DNA of 64,000 nt from Candidatus Nanoarchaeia archaeon (GCA_041651575.1 JBAZJB010000001.1:639286-703285), one strand, 5' to 3'; shown: positions 42,834-53,192, counted from the first letter of the stretch. Program-made: numbers and translations. The notes: generated from the letters alone by a model not told the origin.

Positions 42834-43777
42834 TTACCATAAAGAGCAAATTGACTTAATAATGCTTCTAATTGAACATATTCATCTGAACCTTCTACTA
42901 ATCTGAATTCAATCTCTCCACATTTTTCAACCATTTTCAATTTATTTTCGTCTTTTATATTTAAATTCCAAATCTCTCTTTGAATTTGTTTTATTATATC
43001 TAGTCCAGATAGTCCATGTTTTAACATAACTTCTAATAATTTTTCTCTTGCTCCAATGAAATTTCCAGAAGTAGCTACTTCAACAATTTCTTTAACTTCC
43101 TTAGGATGTGCTGCTGCAACAATATCATAAATTAAATTTTCAGTGATTTCTTTTGAAATAGAAGCACAACTTTGTAATATGTTTGTTAATCTTCTTACAT
43201 CTCCAGAAGAAACTTCAATAATCAAATCAATTGTCTTGTCATTTATTTTTATTCCTTCAGTTTTAACAACGTTTTCTACAATTTGTTTAAGTTCTTCTTT
43301 GTTTAAAGGTTTAAATCTAAAAATAGCACATCTTGATTGTATTGGTTCAATAATTTTTGAAGAATAGTTAGCTAGTAAACAAAATCTACAAGAATTTGAG
43401 TAAACTTCCATTGTTCTTCTTAATGCCTGTTGTGCTTCTTTTGTTAAAGAATCAGCTTCATCTAAAATACAAATCTTAGGAATATCAGAAAAGGCTTTTG
43501 TTCTTGCAAAGTTTTTAACTTCATTTCTTATAACATCAATTCCTCTTGCATCAGAAGCATTTAATTCAAGAACACTTTCTCTCCAATTTTCTCCAAATAA
43601 TTCTTTAGCAACTATTAATATTAAAGAAGTTTTACCAACACCTGCAGGACCTGCGTATAACTGGTGAGGTAAGTTTTTATTTTCTACCATAGACCTTATT
43701 TTATCAACTATATGCTTTTGACCTATAAAGTCTTTAAATGACTTAGGTCTAAATTTTTCTGCCCAAACCTGATTCAT
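42830..43777 (-). CDS. rfcS: replication factor C small subunit
   Basis: WAEKFRPKSFKDFIGQ, GPAGVGKTS, ILDEADSLT, SRC motif (QSRCAIFRF). Confidence 0.93.
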   Translation of the reverse strand: MNQVWAEKFRPKSFKDFIGQKHIVDKIRSMVENKNLPHQLYAGPAGVGKTSLILIVAKELFGENWRESVLELNASDARGIDVIRNEVKNFARTKAFSDIPKICILDEADSLTKEAQQALRRTMEVYSNSCRFCLLANYSSKIIEPIQSRCAIFRFKPLNKEELKQIVENVVKTEGIKINDKTIDLIIEVSSGDVRRLTNILQSCASISKEITENLIYDIVAAAHPKEVKEIVEVATSGNFIGAREKLLEVMLKHGLSGLDIIKQIQREIWNLNIKDENKLKMVEKCGEIEFRLVEGSDEYVQLEALLSQFALYGK

Positions 43778-43900
43778 TTTCTTTTACAAGAATTTAGGGT
43801 TTATATATTTTTATATGATAAAAGAGTAATTATCAAAACTTATAAGAAGGTTTATATAGAAGATTATTAATAAAATTTAAATATTTATGGGGGTTGGAGA

Positions 43901-44134
43901 ATGAGTTTCGAACATACATATAATATTTTTAATAAAAATTCTAGACTTCTTTGTTGTGGGTGCGATCTAAGTCATTTGAAAGAAATTTTGTCAGAACAAG
44001 AATACAAAAAGGCGTGTGAGCTTAAGATAGATGAAAGTATGAGGGTTGATAGTTTGAAAGTAGATAGACAAGGAATTCATCCCTGGACTGGAGAATATTA
44101 CACTATAGAGCACAAGCTTTTTGCAGAAGGATAA
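43901..44134 (+). CDS. hypothetical small protein
   Basis: 77-aa ORF preceded by a GGGGTTGGAGA SD-like sequence. Confidence 0.35.
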   Translation: MSFEHTYNIFNKNSRLLCCGCDLSHLKEILSEQEYKKACELKIDESMRVDSLKVDRQGIHPWTGEYYTIEHKLFAEG

Positions 44135-44215
44135 GAGATTTAATAAGTCATTCACTAAAAATAGAGGTATTTATTAATAATAACCTTTTTAAATAAATCT
44201 TCTTAATCTATTAGT

Positions 44216-47107
44216 ATGTATAGCTTCACTGAAATAGAACCTAGAATAAGAGCTTATTGGAGAAAGATTAATCTTTTACAATTACTTAACAAACAAAATA
44301 AAGGTAAAAAGCCTTATTTTTTACTAGATGGACCTCCTTACGCTAATGATATTCCTCATGTAGGTCATATAAGAAATACTGTTTACAAAGATCTTAATAT
44401 AAGATTGGCATTTTCAAAAGGTTTTGATGTATTATTCCAGCCAGGATTTGATACTCACGGATTGCCTGTTGAAAACAAAGTAGAAAAAAAATTAAATATT
44501 ACTTCTAAAAAAGATATAGAAAAATTAGGAATTAAAACCTTTACAAGTTTTTGCAAAGCTTCTGCAACAGATAATAAAAATATTTGGTTGGATGTTTATG
44601 ACAAACTTGGTTCTTGGTATTCTTGGAAAGATCCTTATTTAACTTATGATAATACTTATATCGAATCAGGATGGTGGGCTTTCAAACAAATCTGGGATAA
44701 GAAATTAGTTTATGAAGGAAAAAAACCAGTATTTTGGTGTCCTAAATGTGAAACTGCTTTAGCAGGATATGAAGTTACAGATTCTTATGCTATGATGAAA
44801 GATCCTTATATCTTAATTAAATTTAAAATTAAAAAAACAGAAAATGATTTTTTACTTGTATTTACCACCACACCTTGGACTTTAGTTGCTAATACTGCAA
44901 TCGCTGCAAAAGACGAGGCAGATTATGTTAAAGTTGAAACATTAAAAGGAAATTTAATTTTAGCTAAAGAAAGATTAAATGTTTTAGAAGATAATAGTAT
45001 CGGATATAAAATTTTGGAAGAATTCAAGGGAAAAGATCTTGAAGGTATGGAATATGAATCAATTTTAGATGTTCCACAACAACATGAATTAGCTAAAAAT
45101 AAAAAATCTCACAAAGTTTACATGTCAATTCCAATTTTAAAGGAAAGAGTTTCTGCTAAAATGAGAACAAAGAAAGGCACTACAGGAAATGATGTTTTTG
45201 AAGATTTTGTAACAACCACGGATGGAACAGGACTAGTACATGTTGCTCCAGGACATGGTAAAACTGATAATGAACTTGGAAAACATTATGGATTACCTGA
45301 AGTTTCTCCTTTAGATGATTCTTGTAGATTTACAAAACAAGCAGGAGAATTTGTAGGAACATTTGTTAAAGATGCAGATAAAAATATTCTTGAAGTTCTA
45401 GAGAAAACAGGAAATTTACTTTATAGTACAAGAGTTGAACACAAATATCCTTTATGTTGGAGATGTAAATCACCATTAATATTTAGAATGAGTAATCAAT
45501 GGTTTATAAAAATTGATCCAATTAAGAAAAAAATGCTTTCTGAAGATGCTAAAGTACAATGGTATCCTGAATTTGCAAGAGAGAAATTTGAAAATTGGAT
45601 ATTAAATGCAGAAGATTGGAATATTTCAAGACAAAGATATTGGGGAATTCCAATGCCAATATGGAAATGTTCTTGTGGAACTACAAAAGTCATTAGTTCT
45701 TTAAAAGAATTGCAAGAAAATGCAACAACTAAATTTTCAAAGGATATTGATTTACATACTGTTTTAGATATTAAATTAAAATGTAAAAAATGCAAGAAAG
45801 AAATGCAGAAAATCAATGATATCTTCGATGTTTGGTATGATTCTGGAATTGCACCATGGGCTTCTCTACATGCTCCATTTGAAAATAAAAAATTATTTGA
45901 TAGTCATTATCCTGTAAGCAGAATTAATGAATCTCAAGATCAAGTAAGAGGGTGGTTCTATTCGTTAATGTTCTGCGGAGTTGCTACTTTTAACAAAGCT
46001 CCTTATCAAGAAGTTTCAATGCCTGGTTGGGTATTAGATCCTAAAGGAGAAAAGATGTCTAAGTCTCTTGGTAATGTTATTTGGGCTAAAGAAGCTCTTG
46101 AAGAACTTGGTGCAGATGGAATAAGATTCTATTATTTATGGGATACTGCTCCTTATGAAACTCAAATGTTTAACAAAGAAACAATTAAGAAAGAAGTCTG
46201 GAAAATTTTCAATATCTTACAAAATATACAAACTTATTTGTTAACTATGGATAAAGTTAACAAAGCGACAATTAAAAATGTAGAAGATAAATGGATGTTA
46301 TCAAAATTAAATAGTTTAATTAAAAATTATTCAGAAAATCTAGATAAATTTGAATACAGAACCGCAGCAAGAGACATAGAAGATTTTATTTTAAATACCT
46401 TAAGCAGAGGGTATATTCAAATGATAAGAGATAGAGTAGATGCTAATGACAAAGCAGTTTCTTTTGTTTTGTATTCTACTTTAATGAATTTATTAATATT
46501 GCTTAGTCCTGTAACTCCACATTTGACAGAAGATTTATATTTACAATTAAAAGAAAAACATAAATTAAAAGAAGAATCTATTCAATTATTCAAATGGCCA
46601 AAGTTTGATAAAAAATTAATTGATGGAAAATTAGAACAAGATTTTAATTTAGTAAAAGAAATTTTATCTATAATATCTTCTGAAAGAGAAAAAGTTGGAT
46701 ATGGAATAAGATGGCCATTAGCTAGTGTAACAATTTCTTGTGAAAAAGATTTGAAGAAATTTGAAGACATAATAAAAAAACAAGGTAACTTTAAAAAAGT
46801 TGAATGGAAAAAAGGAAATTTAAAAGTTGAAATTGATTCTGTAATGAGTCTAGCTTTAGAACAAGAAGGATTTTCAAGAGAACTAGTAAGATTAACACAA
46901 GACTTTAGAAAGAAATTAGGATTAAAAAAACAAGATAAAATAAATATTCACATTACTACAGATTATGATTTAGAAAAATTCAAAAAAGAGATAAAAGAAA
47001 AGGTAAATGCAGACAAATTTGAGCTAAATAACAAAGAACCTAAGAATTTCAAGGAATCCATAGAGAAACTGGTTAAAAACAAGAAATTCAAGGTTTTCAA
47101 GATTTAG
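44216..47107 (+). CDS. ileS: isoleucyl-tRNA synthetase
   Basis: HIGH-type PHVGHIRN, KMSKS (GEKMSKSLGN), editing-domain insertion. 963 aa. Confidence 0.95.
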   Translation: MYSFTEIEPRIRAYWRKINLLQLLNKQNKGKKPYFLLDGPPYANDIPHVGHIRNTVYKDLNIRLAFSKGFDVLFQPGFDTHGLPVENKVEKKLNITSKKDIEKLGIKTFTSFCKASATDNKNIWLDVYDKLGSWYSWKDPYLTYDNTYIESGWWAFKQIWDKKLVYEGKKPVFWCPKCETALAGYEVTDSYAMMKDPYILIKFKIKKTENDFLLVFTTTPWTLVANTAIAAKDEADYVKVETLKGNLILAKERLNVLEDNSIGYKILEEFKGKDLEGMEYESILDVPQQHELAKNKKSHKVYMSIPILKERVSAKMRTKKGTTGNDVFEDFVTTTDGTGLVHVAPGHGKTDNELGKHYGLPEVSPLDDSCRFTKQAGEFVGTFVKDADKNILEVLEKTGNLLYSTRVEHKYPLCWRCKSPLIFRMSNQWFIKIDPIKKKMLSEDAKVQWYPEFAREKFENWILNAEDWNISRQRYWGIPMPIWKCSCGTTKVISSLKELQENATTKFSKDIDLHTVLDIKLKCKKCKKEMQKINDIFDVWYDSGIAPWASLHAPFENKKLFDSHYPVSRINESQDQVRGWFYSLMFCGVATFNKAPYQEVSMPGWVLDPKGEKMSKSLGNVIWAKEALEELGADGIRFYYLWDTAPYETQMFNKETIKKEVWKIFNILQNIQTYLLTMDKVNKATIKNVEDKWMLSKLNSLIKNYSENLDKFEYRTAARDIEDFILNTLSRGYIQMIRDRVDANDKAVSFVLYSTLMNLLILLSPVTPHLTEDLYLQLKEKHKLKEESIQLFKWPKFDKKLIDGKLEQDFNLVKEILSIISSEREKVGYGIRWPLASVTISCEKDLKKFEDIIKKQGNFKKVEWKKGNLKVEIDSVMSLALEQEGFSRELVRLTQDFRKKLGLKKQDKINIHITTDYDLEKFKKEIKEKVNADKFELNNKEPKNFKESIEKLVKNKKFKVFKI

Positions 47108-47148
47108 GCCTTAGAAAGATTTTTAAATCAATTGATTAAATATAAATG

Positions 47149-47180
47149 AGAGGTGTTCAGGACCTCAGCTGTTTCTGAGA
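47149..47180 (+). promoter_or_regulatory. conserved leader element, copy B, upstream of ORF 47188
   Basis: AGAGGTGTTCAGGACCTCAGCTGTTTCTGAGA. Same AGAGGTGT box and CTCAG/CTGAG hairpin as 5801-5834. Confidence 0.4.
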
Positions 47181-47187
47181 AACATTT

Positions 47188-47484
47188 ATGGTAAGGAATA
47201 TCTTATTATCAAAAGATAAAGTTTTTTATCTAGTCGAAGGTAACTCTCACGTTGTAGTCTGGAAACAAAGTGGAGATGTAGTCATAGAAACTCCAGAAAT
47301 GAGTTTACGTGGTGGGATAGAATCTAAGGCAATTAAGGGATTCGCTTTGGATGAATTAACAAATGAGTTATCTATACAACTTTTACGGCCTGGAAAGTCT
47401 AGTAAAATCAATATAGGTATAGTTGAGAATTACAATAAATCTTTAGAATGGGTAAATTCTGTTAATAAATTATATGAACTTTAA
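47188..47484 (+). CDS. hypothetical protein
   Basis: 98-aa ORF with no motif recognised. Confidence 0.4.
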   Translation: MVRNILLSKDKVFYLVEGNSHVVVWKQSGDVVIETPEMSLRGGIESKAIKGFALDELTNELSIQLLRPGKSSKINIGIVENYNKSLEWVNSVNKLYEL

Positions 47485-47565
47485 GGCCGAGACCTTTATA
47501 AATAGCTTTAAATATTTTTCTATATATTTAAATAGGTATATTAAAAGGGTGAGGTGTTACATAAA

Positions 47566-48114
47566 ATGGCAAAGATTAGTAAAAAGGATCTAAAAATTCA
47601 AAATATTGTTGCTTCTACTTGGCTAGGTCAAGATATTCCATTAATCAAATTAGCAGAAACATTACCTAATACAGAATATAATCCTGAACAATTTCCAGGT
47701 TTGGTTATGAGAATAAAAGAGCCAAAAACTTCTGCTTTAATTTTCAGTTCTGGTAAAGTTGTATGTACTGGTGCTAAATCAATGGCTAAAGTTAAAGAGT
47801 CTGTTAATCAAATTATAAAAAACATAGCAAGAATAAATATTAGAATTAAAATAAAACCAAAAATAAAAGTTCAAAATATGGTTGCTTCTGGTACTATCAA
47901 TATGGATTTAAATTTAAACAAATTAACTATGAAATTAGATAATACAGAATATGAACCAGAACAATTTCCAGGTTTAGTTTACAAATTAGCAGGAACAAGA
48001 GCAACTTTCTTATTATTTAGTAATGGAAAGATTGTTTGTACAGGAACTACTTCAGAAGCTAAACTAAAAGAAGCTGTTTTAAAATTAATAGTTGTTTTGA
48101 AGAAAATTAGATAA
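47566..48114 (+). CDS. tbp: TATA-box binding protein
   Basis: Two direct repeats: IQNIVAS...EYNPEQFPGLVMR...SGKVVCTGAKS and VQNMVAS...EYEPEQFPGLVYK...NGKIVCTGTTS. The ATG at 47566 follows GGTGAGGTG (SD) by about 10 nt; the track start 47554 is a GTG. Confidence 0.92.
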   Translation: MAKISKKDLKIQNIVASTWLGQDIPLIKLAETLPNTEYNPEQFPGLVMRIKEPKTSALIFSSGKVVCTGAKSMAKVKESVNQIIKNIARINIRIKIKPKIKVQNMVASGTINMDLNLNKLTMKLDNTEYEPEQFPGLVYKLAGTRATFLLFSNGKIVCTGTTSEAKLKEAVLKLIVVLKKIR

Positions 48115-48210
48115 TTCTTTACTTTTTCTTATAAATTACCTGTAAACTACAAATAGCTTAGAAATATTTATATAATCAAAATACATATTAGTCTAGTTCT
48201 GGTTTACAAA

Positions 48211-50235
48211 ATGAAAATAGATGCTCCCAAACAAATAGCCTTATTCAAAGAATTACTTGAATCTACTTATAAAAAAGAATTGCATAAAACAGTACAAGAA
48301 GGTAAAGATTCTATAACTCTTGATTTCAAAGATTTAGCAGCTTTTGATTTAGACTTATCAGAACAATTAATCGAAGAACCAGAAGAATCACTTAAAGCAG
48401 CAGAATTTGCTATAGAACAATTTGATTTACCTAAATCTAAAAAATTAATAGTAAGATTCAAGAATTTACCAGAATCACAAAAAGTTTTTATAAGAAATAT
48501 TAGAAGTGCACACTTAAATAAATTTTTAGTTGTAGATGGAATAGTGCGTCAAGCTTCAGATGTAAGACCTCAAGTTACAAATGCAAGATTTGAATGTCCT
48601 TCTTGTGGAAATATAATTTCAATTTTGCAATTAGAGCAAGCTTTTAGAGAACCTTCAAGATGTTCCTGCGGACGTCGTGGAAAGTTTAGATTATTAAGTA
48701 AAGATTTAGTTGATGCTCAAAGATTAGTTATAGAAGAAATTCCAGAAGCTTTAGAAGGAGGAGAACAACCAAAAAGAATTTCTGTTTTTTTAAAATCTGA
48801 TTTAGTAGAACCAAAAATGGAGAAAAAAACAACTCCAGGTTCTAAAATAAGAGTTAATGGGATAGTAAGAGAAGTACCTCTACCATTAAAGACAGGAACT
48901 AATTCTACAAGATATGATATTTCTTTAGATACAAATCATATAGAATCGTTGCAAGAGACTTATGAAGAAGTTATAATTAATGAAGAAGATGAAAAAGAAA
49001 TTATTAAATTATCAAATGATCCAAAAATATTAAGCAAATTAATTAGCACTGTTGCTCCTTCAATTTATGGTTATGAAGAAGTAAAAACTGCTTTAATTTT
49101 ACAATTATTTGGTGGAGTAAGAAAACAAAGAAAAGATGGAACAAAAACAAGAGGAGATATACACGTTTTATTGGTTGGAGAACCTGGAATTGGAAAATCA
49201 GAATTATTAAAATTTATTTCTACTATTGCTCCAAAAGGAAGATATATTTCAGGAAAAGGTGCAACTTCTGCAGGTCTTACAGCAACTGTCGTTAAAGATG
49301 AATTTTTAAGGGGATGGGCTTTAGAAGCAGGAGCATTAGTTTTAGCTAATAATGGTTTATGTTGTCTTGATGAATTAGATAAAATGGGTAAAGAAGATTC
49401 TGTAGCAATGCACGAAGCATTAGAACAACAAACAATTACAATCGCTAAAGCAAATATCCAAGCTACTTTAAGAGCACAAACTACAGTATTAGCTGCAGCA
49501 AATCCAAAATTAGGAAGATTTGATCCTTACCAACCAATTGCTTCTCAAATTGAATTACCTTCAACTTTAATTAACAGATTTGATTTAATTTTCCCAATAA
49601 AAGATACCCCTTCTAAAGAAAAAGATGAAAAAATTGCTTCACACATGTTAGATTTACAAAAATCTCCTGAATTATTAAAATATGAAATTCCTTTGGATTT
49701 ATTAAGAAAATATATTGCTTATGCAAGACAGAGAATAAATCCTAAATTAAGTGAAGCTGCTTTAAATGAATTAAAAAATTTCTATGTTGGATTAAGAAAT
49801 TCTGGAGTAGGACCTGAAACTGCTCAAAGACCAATTCCAATTACTGCAAGACAACTAGAAGCTTTAGTAAGATTAGCAGAAGGTGCAGCAAAATTAAAAT
49901 TATCAAAAACAGTAACTAAAGAAGATGCGAAAATGGCAATTAACATTTTAAAATATTGTTTAATGGCTGTTGGATTTGATTATGAAACACAAACCTTTGA
50001 TATTGACAAAATGAGCACTGGAATAACAAGTTCACAAAGATCAAGAATATCTATACTTACAGATATAATAAACCAATTAACTGCAAAAGGTATGAAATCA
50101 ATACCTTTGAATGATTTGATGGGAGAAGCAGTTGCTAGAGGTATTACAGAAGATAAGGTAGAAGAAGCATTAGATAGATTAAGAAGAGATGGTCAAATTT
50201 TCGAACCAAAACGTGGATTTATTCAAAAAATTTAA
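48211..50235 (+). CDS. mcm: MCM replicative helicase
   Basis: Zinc motif CPSCGN...CSCG. Walker A GEPGIGKSE. Walker B CCLDELDKM. Arginine finger SRFDLIF-type (NRFDLIF). 674 aa with no intein. Confidence 0.95.
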   Translation: MKIDAPKQIALFKELLESTYKKELHKTVQEGKDSITLDFKDLAAFDLDLSEQLIEEPEESLKAAEFAIEQFDLPKSKKLIVRFKNLPESQKVFIRNIRSAHLNKFLVVDGIVRQASDVRPQVTNARFECPSCGNIISILQLEQAFREPSRCSCGRRGKFRLLSKDLVDAQRLVIEEIPEALEGGEQPKRISVFLKSDLVEPKMEKKTTPGSKIRVNGIVREVPLPLKTGTNSTRYDISLDTNHIESLQETYEEVIINEEDEKEIIKLSNDPKILSKLISTVAPSIYGYEEVKTALILQLFGGVRKQRKDGTKTRGDIHVLLVGEPGIGKSELLKFISTIAPKGRYISGKGATSAGLTATVVKDEFLRGWALEAGALVLANNGLCCLDELDKMGKEDSVAMHEALEQQTITIAKANIQATLRAQTTVLAAANPKLGRFDPYQPIASQIELPSTLINRFDLIFPIKDTPSKEKDEKIASHMLDLQKSPELLKYEIPLDLLRKYIAYARQRINPKLSEAALNELKNFYVGLRNSGVGPETAQRPIPITARQLEALVRLAEGAAKLKLSKTVTKEDAKMAINILKYCLMAVGFDYETQTFDIDKMSTGITSSQRSRISILTDIINQLTAKGMKSIPLNDLMGEAVARGITEDKVEEALDRLRRDGQIFEPKRGFIQKI

Positions 50236-50288
50236 TATATATTTTTTAGAATAGAAATCTTTTATAAGTATTAAACTTTTTAATTTTT

Positions 50289-50759
50289 ATGGCAGATTTC
50301 ATAAGGCAAGTGGCATATAAAGTATGGATAAGAGATTTAGTAAATTGCCCTTATTACCTTGGAGAATTAGAATCTAGTTATAGCTTAATTAATAATAAAA
50401 GAGTTTCAAGAGCACATGTTGTAGCAACAGTAATACAAAAATTTGAATCTGAAAACAAAGAATATTTAACAGTAACTATAGATGATGGGTCTGGAGATAT
50501 TAGATTAAAAACTTGGAAAGAGGATATAAAATTAATTTCTAATTTAGAAGTAGGAGATTTAATTTTAGTAATAGGTAAAGTAAAAAAATACAATGATGAA
50601 GTTTATTTGGTTCCAGAAATAGTTAAAAAAGTAGATCCTAATTATGAAATAGTACATAAAGCAGAATTATTAAGTTTGTATAAAGACTTTAAAACTCCTG
50701 AAAAAGCACCAGAACAAGAGGTTTTGGGTATAGTAGAAGAAAAGATAATTGATGAGTAA
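50289..50759 (+). CDS. OB-fold protein, RPA32/Stn1-like
   Basis: AHVVATVIQKF...LTVTIDDGSGDIRLKTW...VGDLILVIGKVKKYNDEVYLVPEIV is the classical OB pattern. Lies immediately downstream of mcm. Confidence 0.5.
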   Translation: MADFIRQVAYKVWIRDLVNCPYYLGELESSYSLINNKRVSRAHVVATVIQKFESENKEYLTVTIDDGSGDIRLKTWKEDIKLISNLEVGDLILVIGKVKKYNDEVYLVPEIVKKVDPNYEIVHKAELLSLYKDFKTPEKAPEQEVLGIVEEKIIDE

Positions 50760-50791
50760 AGCTTTAAATACCATCTTTATTTCTAAGATTT

Positions 50792-51202
50792 ATGGAAGAT
50801 TATGAAAAGTTATTGGATAGTGCATTAAAAGATATGCCTGCATCTAGCGTAAATGTGACTAGAACAGAAATTCCAAAAGCTACAGGAAGAGTAGAAGGAA
50901 ATAAAACTATAATTACAAATTTCAATCAATTAGTTAAATTCTTTAACAGAGATCCTCAACATTTTTTAAAATTCTTATTAAGAGAATTAGCTTCTCCTGG
51001 AAAATTAGAAGAAAATAGATTAATCATAGGAAGAAAATTAAATCCTACTTTTATCAATCAAAAAGTTGCAGAATATGCAGAAATTTATGTTTTATGTCCA
51101 GAATGCAAGAAACCAGATACAAAATTGATAGAAGAGAATGGAAAATTGTATTTAAAATGTACTGCTTGTGGTGCAAGAAACATAGTTAAAGAAAAAGTAT
51201 GA
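50792..51202 (+). CDS. eif2b: translation initiation factor aIF2 beta subunit
   Basis: C-terminal zinc ribbon CPECKKPDT...CTACGA, and the N-terminal region typical of aIF2-beta. Confidence 0.88.
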   Translation: MEDYEKLLDSALKDMPASSVNVTRTEIPKATGRVEGNKTIITNFNQLVKFFNRDPQHFLKFLLRELASPGKLEENRLIIGRKLNPTFINQKVAEYAEIYVLCPECKKPDTKLIEENGKLYLKCTACGARNIVKEKV

Positions 51203-51492
51203 AAACCTTTTATCTAAAAGTTCATGAATCTGTAAAAGGAAGAATAGTTTCTATTTGTGATAAAGATATTTTAGGAAAAGTTTTTGAAGAAAATGAAGTA
51301 GAACTAAATGTTTCAGAAAAATTTTATAAAGGAAATTTAGTTGATGAAGAAGAAATTATTAAAATTATAAAAAATGAAAGAAATATTAATTTGGTTGGAG
51401 AAAATACAATAAAAATTGCTGAGAAATTAGATTTAGCTGAAAATATTAAAACAATAAAAAATATACCTTATATGGAGATATTTGAAGTTTAA
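51199..51492 (+). CDS. DUF424-like small protein
   Basis: IVSICDKDILGKVFEE...LNVSEKFYKG pattern. Position after aIF2-beta is typical in archaea. Confidence 0.4.
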   Translation: MKTFYLKVHESVKGRIVSICDKDILGKVFEENEVELNVSEKFYKGNLVDEEEIIKIIKNERNINLVGENTIKIAEKLDLAENIKTIKNIPYMEIFEV

Positions 51493-51493
51493 A

Positions 51494-51808
51494 ATGGAAA
51501 ATTTAGTTTATACAAAAGAACAGAGATGTGAAGCAATAGTGCAATTGAGACCTTATAATAAAGAACTCATAAATTTTGTTAAAAATCAAATAGCAAAGAA
51601 GCCAGGAGTTTTTATTTCAAAAGAAGTTCCTTTAAAAGAGGGAATAGATTTTCATATAACTTCTCATAATATAATAAGAAATCTTGGAACTCAATTAAAA
51701 AAACAATTTAAAGGCGAAGTAAAACTATCTAAAAAATTAGTAACTTTTGATAGGGCTGGAGGAAAAAGAATCCATAGGGTTACTTTGTTGTTTAGGCTAA
51801 AAGAGTAA
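51494..51808 (+). CDS. small NMD3-related protein (tentative)
   Basis: EAIVQLRP...HRVTLLFRL loosely resembles the NMD3 core. ATG at 51494; the track start is a TTG. Confidence 0.3.
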   Translation: MENLVYTKEQRCEAIVQLRPYNKELINFVKNQIAKKPGVFISKEVPLKEGIDFHITSHNIIRNLGTQLKKQFKGEVKLSKKLVTFDRAGGKRIHRVTLLFRLKE

Positions 51809-51839
51809 ATTTTAAAAGCTACAAAATTCTAGATAAATT

Positions 51840-53192
51840 ATGAAAAGAGGGTTATTAATTTTATTTTTAATATTACTAACAATTAATGTAAATGCAGCTA
51901 TAAAAACAGATGCTTCTATAATTTCATTTAGTAATGAGAATGGAAATATAATAAAATTAGATAAATCAGGTGGAACTTATAATTATACTCTATTAAAAAC
52001 AACTGCATTTGGTGATTGGGTTGATTCTGTTATTGTTGATACAGATGGAGATGGAAATAACGAAATTGCTGGATTAAGAGATATAGGAAAAATGGATATT
52101 TACTTATTTGAATATAAAGATAATGAAGTAGTTGAAAAGTTAAGTCCTTTAGATATTTCTAATTTTCCTTCCGAAATGAATTGGATAGGTATGGCTACAG
52201 CAGATACAGATAATAATAAAAAAGATGAATTAATTTTAGGAACAAGTAAATTAGGAAGATTTTATTCAATATCTTATCAAGGAAATTCTTTTTATACAAC
52301 GGTTATGGGAGAAACAAGATTAAAAGTTTGGGATGCTTTTGATGTAGGGGATATAGACGGAGATAAAATACAAGAATTAGTATTAATAAGGCAAGCAGAT
52401 TTAGGAAATTCTCTTTATTTATATAAAATAAAAGATAATAAATTAGGAGAAGAATTAAATTATGGCAATTTTGGAAAAGTTTCTTTTATTTCTTTAAAAA
52501 TTGTGGATATAGATGACGATGGTATTAATGAAATAATTTCTTTGGATAAAAATGGACAATTCTATAGTTCAAAGATAAAAAATGGAGAATATTCTCAAAC
52601 CATCCTTACAAATACTGGATTTTCTGATTGGATAGATATGGATTATGGAGATGTAGATCAAGATTCAAAAAATGAATTAGTAGCTCTAGCAAGACAAGAA
52701 AATCCTTTTTATATTTTTAAATATAATTCAAACACAAATAGTTTGGTTTTTTCTTTATTAAAAGATTATACTCATTATTTAAAATGGAATTCAATATCTG
52801 TTGGAAAATTCACTCCAAGTATAAAACAAGAAATAGTTGCTCCAGAACCAAAAATAGAAGAAATCAATGAAACAATTCAACAACCAGAACCAAAAATAGA
52901 AGAACCTATACCTGAAATAAAACCAGAAGTAAAAGAATCAAGTCATTCGGTTTTGTATATCTTATTAATTATTATTGCATTATTTTTATTTTTAATAATT
53001 TTAATATTTTTAACAACAAAATATGAATTTCAATCCTTTAAAAATATATTTAAGAGAAAAGAACAAAAACAAGATTTTAAAAAAATAGAACAAAAAGAAG
53101 AAATACAAGAAGATATATGGCCAGAAACCAGAAAATCTAAAGATTTAAGAGATATGAAAGAATTCATCAAGGCCAAAAAATCAAATAAATAG
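51840..53192 (+). CDS. secreted FG-GAP/VCBS-like beta-propeller protein with C-terminal TM anchor
   Basis: Signal peptide LLILFLILLTINVNA. Repeated Ca-binding-like DxDxDGxxE motifs (DTDGDGNNEI, DTDNNKKDEL, DIDGDKIQEL, DIDDDGINEI, DVDQDSKNEL). PEPKIEE stalk repeats. TM segment LYILLIIIALFLFLIILIFL. Confidence 0.65.
   Translation: MKRGLLILFLILLTINVNAAIKTDASIISFSNENGNIIKLDKSGGTYNYTLLKTTAFGDWVDSVIVDTDGDGNNEIAGLRDIGKMDIYLFEYKDNEVVEKLSPLDISNFPSEMNWIGMATADTDNNKKDELILGTSKLGRFYSISYQGNSFYTTVMGETRLKVWDAFDVGDIDGDKIQELVLIRQADLGNSLYLYKIKDNKLGEELNYGNFGKVSFISLKIVDIDDDGINEIISLDKNGQFYSSKIKNGEYSQTILTNTGFSDWIDMDYGDVDQDSKNELVALARQENPFYIFKYNSNTNSLVFSLLKDYTHYLKWNSISVGKFTPSIKQEIVAPEPKIEEINETIQQPEPKIEEPIPEIKPEVKESSHSVLYILLIIIALFLFLIILIFLTTKYEFQSFKNIFKRKEQKQDFKKIEQKEEIQEDIWPETRKSKDLRDMKEFIKAKKSNK

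Noticed and set aside
47145-47177. Upstream mini-ORF (MRGVQDLSCF*) inside leader element copy B
   Set aside because: The other copy of the element (5801-5834) has no ATG, so the conserved feature is the sequence or structure and not a peptide.
29643-50235. Inteins in PolB or MCM, and introns in the two tRNAs
   Set aside because: PolB (800 aa) and MCM (674 aa) have contiguous catalytic motifs and normal lengths. Both tRNAs fold into uninterrupted cloverleaves.
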